A DNA stretch of 64,000 nt from an uncultured Acidobacteriota bacterium (GCA_963804995.1 CAWDSK010000006.1:96001-160000); one strand, 5' to 3'; shown: positions 54,515-64,000, counted from the stretch's first letter. Notes: generated by a model not told the origin, from the letters alone. Program-made: numbers and translations.

Positions 54515-55420
54515 CTACCTCTCCAGCGCACTGCGGTCCCAGTTGCCGAGCGTTGCAGCAGCTTCGTACGTACTTTGGCAAAACTCCAGTAAGGTGGCCG
54601 TCGGAGAGGGTGTCTTGCGCACATCGTCATACATGAGCAGGAATTCGCCGAGCTCCTCGTCGTAGAACGCGGCATCCGGATGGACCCGCTCGTCCTTAAA
54701 TCCCGGCGGCTGGGGAACCGCGTAGGAGTAGAACGCCGCACCGTGAACGTTGCCGCTGCCGGGCCAAAAGCCAACACTGCTCACTTCGTGGGAATAAGCT
54801 TCCCGAGTCATCGCGTCGGCGCCCGGTCGCTCCGGAGCCCGGCGGCCTGAGAACCGGGTGACAGCGAGGTCGAAGCTCCCCCAGAAAAAGTGGACGGGGC
54901 TGCACTTGCCGATGAATCCAGCCCTGAACTGGTTGAAAACCGTATCTGCGGATAACAGAATGCGCCAGAATTTCTCAACGGATGCGCGGTCGTACGAGGC
55001 ATGGACGCGATCCTGATCAAACGCAATCGGATTGGGAATTTCGACCGGCATTTTCCAAATCTTGACCTCAATCTCCGCCGATCGAAGCAATTCCATGAAT
55101 TCCTGGTAGAAATCGGCTGCGGAGCGCGGTTCAAGCGGAAGCGTCTTCCGTAGTCCATCACTCGCCTCCAGAACGAGCTGATGCCGTATGAAATCAAACC
55201 AGATTTCGAAAGCTCTCTCACCGTAGGCGATCCTGGAGGTCGTCAGGCCCTGAGCCGTTACATAGAATGGGACATTCCACCACTGGTTCAAAACCGGCGT
55301 CAGACGTAGCCGGACCTTGCCTACGATTTGAGTCCACATGTGAAGTGTGGCGTAAGTTTCCTTCCAGGAATCGAGGCTAAGAACGGGCCAGCATTCCTTC
55401 CGATCGGCAGCATGAGCCAT
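54515..55420 (-). CDS. DUF5996-family protein
   Basis: TLHMWTQIVGK, SPVHFFWGSFDLAVTRFSGR, EAYSHEVSSVGFWPG. Confidence 0.88.
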   Translation of the reverse strand: MAHAADRKECWPVLSLDSWKETYATLHMWTQIVGKVRLRLTPVLNQWWNVPFYVTAQGLTTSRIAYGERAFEIWFDFIRHQLVLEASDGLRKTLPLEPRSAADFYQEFMELLRSAEIEVKIWKMPVEIPNPIAFDQDRVHASYDRASVEKFWRILLSADTVFNQFRAGFIGKCSPVHFFWGSFDLAVTRFSGRRAPERPGADAMTREAYSHEVSSVGFWPGSGNVHGAAFYSYAVPQPPGFKDERVHPDAAFYDEELGEFLLMYDDVRKTPSPTATLLEFCQSTYEAAATLGNWDRSALER

Positions 55421-55581
55421 GGTGACCTCATAGTGTTGCTGTTATCGATAGAGGGGCGTCTTTATGCCTACACCTTGTGAGGCTAAGCTCGCCGGTGCCA
55501 CAAACACCAAATGGCTCGATGACCCGATGGCTCAGCCCCTAGCCCCTAGTCCCCAGCCCCCATCTGCGAGCCCCTGGCGGG

Positions 55582-56247
55582 TCACATCGCGCCCGTCTTG
55601 ACCACGGGGCGACTCGATTGTATTCGCTTCGTTAACACTATCGCCGCGGTCATGGCGATAACCAGTGCGGTGGCAGTTATTAGCAACCAGCCGGGATGTC
55701 GCCCCAGATGTCGCAGACCGAGAACGAATCGGCGGCCATAGCGGGACGCAATTGCGGCCAGGGCTCCGTAACGCACGGCTCGGCCCACAGCCACGACGAC
55801 GAGGAAGGTCCGGAGAGGGTAGTTCAGCGCGCCGGCTATGGCGAAGAACGTGCTCGTCGGAAAGGGAAAAGGCACAACAGTGGAAACCACCAGAGCGCCC
55901 GTACCCCACCGCTGGAAGTACTTCAGCAGTCTCGCCACCTTGCGCTTTCCATACTTGCGGTGGAGATAGTCCAAACCGGCCTTACGCGCCATTCGGAATG
56001 TCAAAAAGGCGCCGATGACCGAGCCGGCCGTGGCGACTCCGGCGTAGTAGTACCACGGTTCGCGGTGCCGCGCCGCGAGGATGGCGGTGAGAATGTCCAG
56101 GCCACCAAAGGTTGGGATGGGGGTACTGTCGACGATCGCGAGAAGGAACAGTCCGAATACGCCCAAGTGCCGCAAGACCGCCGCGATCCCTTGCCGCGGT
56201 CGTGCCACTGGTTGAACAAAGTCCGCGAGTGACTTGAGAAGTTGCAC
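55582..56247 (-). CDS. DedA/VTT (YqaA-like) membrane protein
   Basis: GLFLLAIVDS, ATAGSVIG, VPFPFP, GRAVRY. Confidence 0.85.
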   Translation of the reverse strand: MQLLKSLADFVQPVARPRQGIAAVLRHLGVFGLFLLAIVDSTPIPTFGGLDILTAILAARHREPWYYYAGVATAGSVIGAFLTFRMARKAGLDYLHRKYGKRKVARLLKYFQRWGTGALVVSTVVPFPFPTSTFFAIAGALNYPLRTFLVVVAVGRAVRYGALAAIASRYGRRFVLGLRHLGRHPGWLLITATALVIAMTAAIVLTKRIQSSRPVVKTGAM

Positions 56248-56299
56248 GATTACCCGGCGTTACAATACCACGTTTTCAGCGGGCCGCCCTGTCCGCCAA

Positions 56300-57060
56300 C
56301 GTAGCGCGGTCCCCCGTTTTTGGGGCCCGCAGCTCTTCGTTTGGAAAACCCGCAAATCTCTCAATTTGAACTCATAGCCCTCGCCCCTCTGGGGGAGAGG
56401 GTGGACCGCAGCCGGCGTTCTCATCAGCCGGGGCGGGCCGGGCCTACGCCCACCGAAGGGGTGACTGGGAGCTGTAAACAACCTCGGCTTCGGCCCGCAG
56501 GCGGGTGAGGGGGTCCCCAGAAACAAATTGAGGAGCAAGCGAACGTTGGCGCACGAGAAGAAGCGCAGGCCTATCTTGTAGCGCGGCCCCCCGCCTTTGG
56601 GGTCCCGCGGTTCTTCATCTGCAATACCCGCACGGACGGCCGCGCCACGATATATCCCCTCAAATGACGCAGGAAGAACTTGAGCCCCCAAGAGCCTGCC
56701 CTGAGCAAAGCGAAGGGGGCGACCTACCACAGCCCAGGCCGAAGGTCCGCCGATCTTAATGGTGGGCCGAAGGTCCGCCGATCTTAATGGTGGGCCGAAG
56801 GCCCGCCGATCTTAATGGTGGAGCAACACCCTGGGTCAACAGATTGGTTCCCGGCCCGAGCCCTGTAGAGCCTGCCCTGAGCAAAGCGAAGGGGGCGATC
56901 TAAGCAACCCCCTGAACCGCCCCACTGGCTGGAACGAACGGGCACGATGGTGAGTAGGGTTAGCGCGCCCCTTCAGGGCTTACCGATGGAAAGGCGTGGC
57001 TTCCTTGACCCAGGGCGTTGCCCTGGGCTTTGTTAGGACGCCCCGTTGGGGCTGGAAGGT
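56300..57060. repeat. Mosaic cluster of palindromic repeats including a 28-bp tandem repeat x3
   Basis: GTAGCGCGG-type REPs (~56301, ~56578); CCCTCGCCCCTCTGGGGGAGAGGG element; AGAGCCTGCCCTGAGCAAAGCGAAGGGGGCGA at 56691 and 56867; GGCCGAAGGTCCGCCGATCTTAATGGTG x3 at 56737-56820; CCCAGGGCGTTGCCCTGGG hairpin. Confidence 0.85.
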
Positions 57061-57518
57061 AGCGGCGAGTTTACCTCGCCATTTTCCATGATCTCTCCGA
57101 GCTCGCGAACCGGAATCCGGCTGGCGCAGAGCGAGCTCAGCTCTGCGATTCACGTCCCTGCCCCTCCCCCCGAGGTTCCCGACCTCTAGATGCTCTTACA
57201 AGCCCAGCCACGTCCAGCCCCTGATTTTGTTATCGGAACGATTCGTCCGTCTTTACCATGGACCGGGTTGCTTAATCCACACTAAATCGCAGGGCTGTGC
57301 TCGCCCTGCGCCAACCTGCCAACTGACTTGATTTGCACAAAGTCGCAGAACTGGGCTCGTTCTGCGCCAGCCCGCCCCATACTGTAGTTCGTCCCCCATC
57401 GACAACAAAATGCTGTGGACCTGAACCCCAGGTCCGCGCAACGCTTGCTTTGCGGTAGTGTTCCAGCCCGTCAAAGGCCAAGGTGTGGCCACGGCGGTCA
57501 TTAAGCCAGACCCCCGGT

Positions 57519-58469
57519 TCAGCCCAACATCCGCCTTCGAAGAAAGTAAATAAACGCGCACAGCCAGAGAGTTCCAGCGGCCATACTGCACGCTAGCATT
57601 ACATGCCTCGCCCGTATGCCCAAGCCAACAAACTTCTGGTAGTCATGTTTGTTGATCTGCGTGCTCAGGGCAAAGGCAGGGTCTACTTCCAGCTTGTCTT
57701 CCAGCTTGTACATAAGTGCTTCGTGCCTCTTCACATGCCCCAGTGCACGCCTTTGAATCTTGTCCCAGGCAAGAGAGATTATGACGCCAACCAAGGCAAT
57801 GACAAGACCAACGTCCGGGTCATTGGGTAATTTGCCGGTCGTGAAGAGGGCGACCAAAAGAATTGCGTTCGCTGCCCAGAATGTGCCGAAGATACTCCAG
57901 AGCACCTGGTCTTCACTGGAGCGCAAACTGATAGCATTTGAGAGTTGGCCCCACTTCTCCTCCCGCGTGAGGCGCTTTCGCATGCGCCACGCGGATATTG
58001 CCTTGCTGTGCCCTCCCCCACATATATTGGGGGGAAGGTTCTCCAGACCAAAGTATGTGGGATTTGATCCGGGCTCACCCTCCTGCAAGGTACCCCCAAG
58101 AATGGTACACCTGTAAACAAGGAAGACTCCGCACCCTTTCGGATGGTCATCGAAAAAGAAAGCATCGAAAAGGCTGTCAACTGACACGACCAATCCCGTC
58201 TCTTCACGGACTTCCCGTACAACGGCCCGCGCTGGATCTTCGTCCGACTCCACATGCCCCGCTGGTAGGTTCCATTCCCCCTTGAAAGGTTCCGTGGTTC
58301 GGCATTGGAGCAGGAGGCGTCCATCCAGCTCTATTAGAGCCCCGGCTCCCACGATGAGTTGCTCATACTGAACCCAACCACACTCGGTACAGACGGCACG
58401 CTCCCTGCCCTCTATGTTTGTTCTTTGGAGCCGCGAGGCGCAGGCGATGCAAAACCTTCCGTTAGACAT
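57519..58469 (-). CDS. Zn-ribbon/Nudix hydrolase fused to a C-terminal multi-pass membrane domain
   Basis: CIAC...CTEC; intact Nudix box GHVESDEDPARAVVREVREETGL; three hydrophobic segments in the last ~150 aa; AGGAGG RBS. Confidence 0.88.
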   Translation of the reverse strand: MSNGRFCIACASRLQRTNIEGRERAVCTECGWVQYEQLIVGAGALIELDGRLLLQCRTTEPFKGEWNLPAGHVESDEDPARAVVREVREETGLVVSVDSLFDAFFFDDHPKGCGVFLVYRCTILGGTLQEGEPGSNPTYFGLENLPPNICGGGHSKAISAWRMRKRLTREEKWGQLSNAISLRSSEDQVLWSIFGTFWAANAILLVALFTTGKLPNDPDVGLVIALVGVIISLAWDKIQRRALGHVKRHEALMYKLEDKLEVDPAFALSTQINKHDYQKFVGLGIRARHVMLACSMAAGTLWLCAFIYFLRRRMLG

Positions 58470-58604
58470 GGTACATCCCCCTCCTCAAGCGGGTAGCCGC
58501 AGTCAGTGTCGTTCCGACTGTGGGTTCTTCCTTTGGTGAGGACTCTTCCGGTCAATAGCATCGGGCATGAGAAAAGCCCACGGTCATTAAAACGTTGACC
58601 GCGG

Positions 58605-59885
58605 CTACCCCGCTGTCCCACTTGCGGATTCCGCAATCATGTCAACTACGCGCAACAAGCCTTCCGACGATGCCACCGCGAAACGATCAGAAAGCGTAGG
58701 CGAATACATCCGAACGTCCGCTGCTGTGACGTTGTGCCAGACGGGAAGAATGATTCTCTTCCCGCCCGATTCTCTGCTCACCAGCCCGTCAAGTTCCTTT
58801 TGTGGCCACTCCTTCGAGAAAAAGGCCGGGCTGAGTACGACAATCCCGAATCTAGAGGCAGATAGCCCTCGATCAATAGATCTCCTCAGACTATCCCCCA
58901 ATCGTAGTGTGTATTCATCGAACCAGACATGAAAGCCACGCTTTCGGAGGGCCTCTGCTAGCGGTCGGACAAAAGCCTCCTTGTCCTCAGTAGCATGGCA
59001 GATGAAGACATCCCATGTCTTATTGTCATTCTCTGGCCGGTGGTCAGACTCTTTCCCAGACTCGGAAAATTCGAATTTTCGAGCACATGCAAGCAACTCC
59101 CGACCAATGGAAGCAAATTCTTTGGCCTGGTCCAGCTGCAATTCAGATCGGGCCTCTAATATCTGTCCTGCCTGCCGCAATGAACTTACGGTCGTTCCGA
59201 GATAGGCTGCGTCCCACGGGTCAGCTATCCATGTGATGCTACTACTATCCCCGGCCTTGAAGGCGAGCCAGAACACCTTCTGCCTAAGGAAGTCGTCGAT
59301 CATTCGTCCGGTGCCATCAGTTGATGGACGAGTTCTTAGTTTGACCTCCTGAAGTTCTATTGGGTGTGCCTGTTGCGGGTAGAATTTCACCAATCCTGAG
59401 TCTACGGCCAAGCGAATCGAATTCACCACACACTCGTTTACGAGGAACGGGTCTGGCTTCAGATCAAACATGCTCTGCTGATGCGTGATAACTACATAAC
59501 AATACGCAAGGCGCCCGTCCCGAGAATCTGTAACTGCCACGCGAACGTAACTGGCCGCCCGATTCCTCAGAGGTTCCCAAGGCCATTCTATCTGTAATAG
59601 AAGTGGCACACTTGAGATGCAGAAGAAGCCTGGCGATTTGTTCCTAAATCTGCTCCCGAGGGCTCGGGCAAATCTGAGCGCTCCTTGCTGGTAAGCCTGC
59701 ATCGCAGGAAGGTCCGAAAGCGCTTCTCGAAGAAGGGAGAATCTCCATTCCTTGCCGTACCCGCGAGCAATGAAGATAAAGGCGAATCCCCCGGGGTTCG
59801 GCTCCGGGGCGGAAAGCTTTACAGTGCGCTCGCTCTCGAAGATCATGGCGAGACGTTCGATGCCCCGTTCTAGTTCTGTATCCAT
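58605..59885 (-). CDS. TIR-domain protein with an unrecognised ~290-aa N-terminal region
   Basis: WDVFICHATEDK, VWFDE, GDSLRRSIDRGL, catalytic-Glu motif WPQKELDGL, ILPVWH; probable ATG at 59885. Confidence 0.92.
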   Translation of the reverse strand: MDTELERGIERLAMIFESERTVKLSAPEPNPGGFAFIFIARGYGKEWRFSLLREALSDLPAMQAYQQGALRFARALGSRFRNKSPGFFCISSVPLLLQIEWPWEPLRNRAASYVRVAVTDSRDGRLAYCYVVITHQQSMFDLKPDPFLVNECVVNSIRLAVDSGLVKFYPQQAHPIELQEVKLRTRPSTDGTGRMIDDFLRQKVFWLAFKAGDSSSITWIADPWDAAYLGTTVSSLRQAGQILEARSELQLDQAKEFASIGRELLACARKFEFSESGKESDHRPENDNKTWDVFICHATEDKEAFVRPLAEALRKRGFHVWFDEYTLRLGDSLRRSIDRGLSASRFGIVVLSPAFFSKEWPQKELDGLVSRESGGKRIILPVWHNVTAADVRMYSPTLSDRFAVASSEGLLRVVDMIAESASGTAG

Positions 59886-60003
59886 AACTAACCGAAAGGA
59901 GAATTCTCTGACTATATACACCCTGTGTGGGGGGAAGACAAGGGGCCCGAAGACAGTGAGAGCAAGCGCAGCGTGGACCTTTGCGGGGGTGCGGCAATTT
60001 GCT

Positions 60004-60076
60004 GTAGCGGCGGGTTTACCCCGCCACGCTGCCCGCGATCGCGTGGTATAAAATGGCGGGGTAAACCCGCCGCTAC
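60004..60076. repeat. GTAG-type REP inverted pair
   Basis: GTAGCGGCGGGTTTACCCCGCCA ... TGGCGGGGTAAACCCGCCGCTAC, perfect reverse complements. Confidence 0.88.
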
Positions 60077-60567
60077 GCTTGCTGTCCGTCCCCAGATCCA
60101 AATCCCGAATCCCTCGTCCCCCGCCCCCGCCGCGCCACACTCCCCCGTATCGTCTATCGGTGGGTTGGTAGCCGAACATGAGCCCAAAATGCACTGCGGG
60201 TTCGACAATCACCCAATCCCCGGATGCCTCAGTGAATCGATGACCCGATGGCTCGATGGCCCGATCACCGGATCTCCTGATCTCGCCATCGCCGGGCTAC
60301 ATCGCGCGCCAGGCGCCCGCAGCGGACAATGTGTCTGCCATTTTGCATTTTTGGGCTACTGGTAGCCCGAAGGTGCGTTTATCTTATTGACATAACCCAG
60401 TCCATTAAGAGCACAATAGAGGTGAGGATGCGTAGCTCCATGATGCGTCCAGGCAACCCTCGAAGGACGGCGGACCCCAATATTGGGGATCTGCCATGCC
60501 CTACCCTGAATGCTGGTTGTGTTTGCGAACATTTTTCTGTGTCTTCTGCGTTCCGAAGAGCTTTCAC

Positions 60568-61357
60568 GTCGAGTAGAGAGGAAGCGCACCACATGCTGAC
60601 CACGCCAGTCCAACGGATTACCGGGACGTGCACGCAGGGCACGCGTGTTTCTTCCTCCCCCTCTAAAATTCCGTACGGTGGGTTTTCCCCAGTACGGCTT
60701 CAAACGGGAATTCCTCCGCGACCTTCGTTCGCCCGGAGTGGCTTAAACCGACACCCCGCGCTCGCTTATACGCGGCCCAAGTTCCTATCTCCGAGAAGAG
60801 CCACGAGCCGTAGAGGGACTTTCGTCCAAGCGGCACTCCCCTCTTCTGACAGAACGCTCCCGTCCAGAGGTCCTTGGCTCGCCAGCGGGTTATATTGTCC
60901 CGCCGGGTCGTCGCTTACTATGACCTCATCCGAGACTCTCGACTCCTCCGGACCGGCTTATGACTTTGCCGCCCGGTGCTACCTGGGCCGAGAGGTTCCC
61001 CAATTTACTCCGCCTGTCTGTTCTCTCCGTGCCGTCTTCCGTACCCCGGCAGACCGAACGATTGCGCTTGGCTGTTTCTTCATCGTCCGCTTTGGCCTTC
61101 CCCATCTCTGTAGAGGGTCGGCATCTACAAACCCACGCGCTCCGGTTCCAGCGTGGCTGTGTAACGAGGCTGCAAAGTTCACTTTATGGTACGGCCCGGT
61201 AGAGTTGCTAGCCCCGCACCGGCCGGGGCGTTTACGTTCGAGCTTTCACCTCCTGAGTCGCCTCAAGCAGGCGTCGAATATAACTACGCGGGTAAATCAG
61301 CCAATTCCCGCGGCCGGACTTGCACCGGCAAGACAAGCAGCCTTATGGGCTGCAAAC
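60568..61357 (-). mobile_element. ORF-less group II intron (~790 nt; 5' boundary less certain)
   Basis: Minus strand: DV-like AAGCCGTACTGGGGAAAACCCACCGTACGGAATT with AGC triad, DVI ending CTTCCTCTCTACTCGAC, 5' end GTTTGCAGCCCATAAGGCTGC; no RT ORF. Confidence 0.82.
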
Positions 61358-61396
61358 AGAGGTCACAGCGCAGCCGGGCCGCACCCCCAAAAGCAT

Positions 61397-61531
61397 TTCA
61401 CCACGGAGGCCACAGAGGTCACGGAGAGTAGACGGAGAAAAAATTGCGGGTTAACACCCACGGAAGCGGGATCTCTACCGGCGCCATTAGAAGCGCTTTT
61501 CTCTGTGGTCTCCGTGCCCTCTGTGGTGGAT
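61397..61531. repeat. Inverted-repeat element built from 9-mer units
   Basis: CACCACGGAGGCCACAGAGGTCACGGAGA ... TCTCTGTGGTCTCCGTGCCCTCTGTGGTG. Confidence 0.82.
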
Positions 61532-61699
61532 CTTTTCTGCGCACGTCCTTGCTCAAGCGGACTGGGGTGTGTTTGGCGGCACGGGAGGCGGTCCAACTTG
61601 ATTGGCTATTACACCTCGCGAAGTCCGGCGCGTCACGAACCTGCTGCTGAGGATCAAACGCTATGAGCCTCAGATGGAAGCGTTAGAAAAAGCTGCGGC

Positions 61700-62094
61700 T
61701 CTCCATGATGTGCAAGAAAAGAAATGGGTTAGCCATTGAGAGTAAGAATGTCTGAAATCTCTAACTCATTCAGATAGCGAGATTTATGCTGAAACATCGG
61801 GGCCAAGGCGAAAAAACGGGAGCGGCCCTCCATGATGTAATAGAAACAAAAGGAATTAGCCCTGATGAGCGAAAATTGCGCAAAAATCTATATTATTGAA
61901 ATTAAAATAGTTAGCTTGTCTTCGCTGGTCTGTGTCAAAAATGAAAGAGGGGGATCAAAAAATGACGCTGCCGTTCTGTAAGTCACTGAAAACACATGTA
62001 GAAAAAATGTCTGTTCTGCGCCTCTCCATGATGTTGATGAAAACACGCTAGTTAAAGCATTCTCTCCATTATGTTGATGAAAAGAAAGGGAGTT
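61700..62094. repeat. Degenerate AT-rich direct-repeat array B (same family as array A)
   Basis: Units CTCCATGATGT...GAAAA with core at 61707, 61834, 62030 and 62070. Confidence 0.7.
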
Positions 62095-62512
62095 GTTCGC
62101 CGGGATAAACCGGCAGGAAGCAGAGGCCAGTTGGCGCAGAGCCAGGATTTTTGGCTCTGCGTCTTGCACAGAACTTGAAATGAAATTATCAACGGGCCTA
62201 TCCAAATCCGAGCGTAAACGGGCGGCGAGAGCCATAAATCGCAGAGCTGAGCTCGCTCTGCGCCAGCCCGCCACCCGATGGTCAGTGGCCGCCGGCCCAC
62301 ACTCGCCCGCTTCGGTAATCGGCGGGGTCAGGTGAGAAGATGAATCAAATGCTGACATCGAAAATCGCAAATCACGAATCGCCATTCACAAATGAGCCGA
62401 TCTCCCGATCACCGGATCGCCCGATGGCCCGCTCTGCGCATACCTTGATTTGGCGTGGAGCCGCTACAAGTCTATACTGCTAGCCCGACCCGAAGTCGGA
62501 AAGGACTCTTAG

Positions 62513-63985
62513 ATGTTTTCTATTTCCCGGCGTGATCTTATGGCTTCCTTACTATTTCTTCCCGCGGCGCTCCGCGCTGAGAGTGATTGGATTCCTCTTT
62601 TCAACGGCCATTCGCTTGACGGTTGGAAAGCGGATGCTCACCCTCACTCGTTTCGCGTTGAAGACGGAAAGATTGTGGCGACGGGACCGCGCGCCCACCT
62701 GTTCTACACAGGCCAGGTAGAGAAAGCGAGCTTCAAGAACTTTGAGTTAAAGGTGGAAGTGCTGGCGCGGCCGGGAGCGTCCTCCGGCATTTACTTTCAC
62801 GCTCCGTTCCAATCGCACGGCGGGCCGGCCAAGGGCTTCAAGATTCAAATCGACAATGTCTATGCGGGTGAAGGCGATGACCGCGACCGCCGCAAAACCG
62901 GCTCGCTTTACGGCTGCCGCGACATATACAAATCGATGGTGAAAGACGACGAGTGGTTCGAGCTCCACGCCGTGGTGCGTGCGAATCAGGTGCAGATTTG
63001 GCTGAACGACACCCTGATTGTCGATTACATCGAGTCTGACCCACCCGTGCAGTCCGCCACTACTCCGGGAGACGCCTTTGACCGCGGCACCTTCGCGCTC
63101 GAATGCCACGACCCGCATTCCAAGGTCTATTTCCGGAACCTGCGCGTGAAGCCTTTGCCCGATGATCTGAAGACACCGAATGAGACTCGGCCGAAACCAG
63201 ACGAGGTTTACAGTGACCTGTTGCGCATGCATCAGGAGGGCTTTCCCGTGGTGGACTACCACACGCACTTGAAGGGCGGCCTGACGCTGGAAGAGGCGCT
63301 TGCTAACTCTCGCCGCCTGGGAATCATGTACGGAATCGCGGTGAACGGCGGGTTGGGATTTCCTACCACCACCGACGCCTCGCTGGAACCTTTCCTGGCC
63401 AGCATGAAAGGGCAGCCGTGTTTTGTGGCGTTGCAGGGCGAAGGCCGCGAGTGGGTAACGCTATTTTCGCGGGAGACCATCGCCAAGTTCGATTACGCCT
63501 TCACCGACGCCATGACCTGGACCGACGACCACGGCAAACGCATGCGGCTGTGGATTCCCGAGGAGGTAGGTGAAATCGCCGACAGTGAGAAGTTCATGGA
63601 AACGATGGTAGACCGCATCCTGGGAATTCTGAACCATGAGCCCATCGATATCCACGCCAATCCTACCTTCCTCCCCGATGTCCTCGCGCGCGACTATGAT
63701 CGTTTGTGGACACCGGAGCGGATGCAGAAAGTTATCAACGCCGCGAAGGCCAATGACATCGCGATCGAAATCAATAACCGCTACAAAATCCCCAGTGCGG
63801 CTTTTATCAAACTTGCCAAAAAGGCGGGCGTGAAATTCTCCTTTGGAACGAATAACGGCGACCGCAACCTGGGGCGGGACGAGTACGCGGTGGCCATGGT
63901 GAAAGAATGCGGGCTTACCTGGCAGGACATTTTCATTCCCAAACCAGAGGGCCAGAAGGCGGCACAGAGACGGAAAGCGGCGTGA
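62513..63985 (+). CDS. Tat-exported DUF1080 (3-keto-disaccharide hydrolase-like) protein fused to a PHP-like domain
   Basis: SRRDL signal; WIPLFNGHSLDGW, TGSLY, ALECHD..VYFRN; then DYHTHLKG, IEINN and FSFGTN. Confidence 0.88.
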   Translation: MFSISRRDLMASLLFLPAALRAESDWIPLFNGHSLDGWKADAHPHSFRVEDGKIVATGPRAHLFYTGQVEKASFKNFELKVEVLARPGASSGIYFHAPFQSHGGPAKGFKIQIDNVYAGEGDDRDRRKTGSLYGCRDIYKSMVKDDEWFELHAVVRANQVQIWLNDTLIVDYIESDPPVQSATTPGDAFDRGTFALECHDPHSKVYFRNLRVKPLPDDLKTPNETRPKPDEVYSDLLRMHQEGFPVVDYHTHLKGGLTLEEALANSRRLGIMYGIAVNGGLGFPTTTDASLEPFLASMKGQPCFVALQGEGREWVTLFSRETIAKFDYAFTDAMTWTDDHGKRMRLWIPEEVGEIADSEKFMETMVDRILGILNHEPIDIHANPTFLPDVLARDYDRLWTPERMQKVINAAKANDIAIEINNRYKIPSAAFIKLAKKAGVKFSFGTNNGDRNLGRDEYAVAMVKECGLTWQDIFIPKPEGQKAAQRRKAA

Positions 63986-64000
63986 AGGGGCGGGCCGCGA

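Noticed and set aside
56737..56820. Possible CRISPR array
   Set aside because: Three 28-bp units are directly adjacent with no spacers, and no cas genes are present.
59886..60212. N-terminal extension of the TIR ORF in the ORF track
   Set aside because: It translates through a REP pair and an intergenic-looking region; ATG 59885 is the more plausible start.
60329..61666. 445-aa plus-strand ORF as intron-encoded RT
   Set aside because: It is antisense to the intron, has no YADD or other RT motifs, and partly translates repeats.

Overview
A GC-rich bacterial chromosomal window, probably Acidobacteriota/Terriglobia-like (inferred from gene content and repeat families, not proven). Housekeeping and metabolic genes include metG, tatD, larC, a class I fumarase, an iorA-iorB-paaK-ACT-aminotransferase cluster, several Tat-exported sugar enzymes and three tRNAs (Lys-TTT, Glu-TTC, Ser-TGA). 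Accessory DNA includes a four-ORF IS21 splitting an acetamidase/formamidase gene (5-bp TSD), an IS4 inserted just upstream of an aminotransferase start codon (6-bp TSD), a vapBC pair, and a ~790-nt ORF-less group II intron sitting inside a palindromic repeat. The best candidate for an undescribed system is a co-oriented pair at 57.5-59.9 kb: a TIR-domain protein followed by a Zn-ribbon-Nudix/membrane fusion, which has Thoeris-like logic. A second, apparently decaying defence-like cluster (TPR-HEPN-like plus PD-(D/E)xK-like genes) lies at 0.7-4.1 kb. Intergenic DNA is a mosaic of palindromic and 7/8/9-mer repeat families, two of which sit in frame inside metG. Several single-base frameshifts may be sequencing errors. 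All family assignments come from motif recognition by eye; no searches were run.
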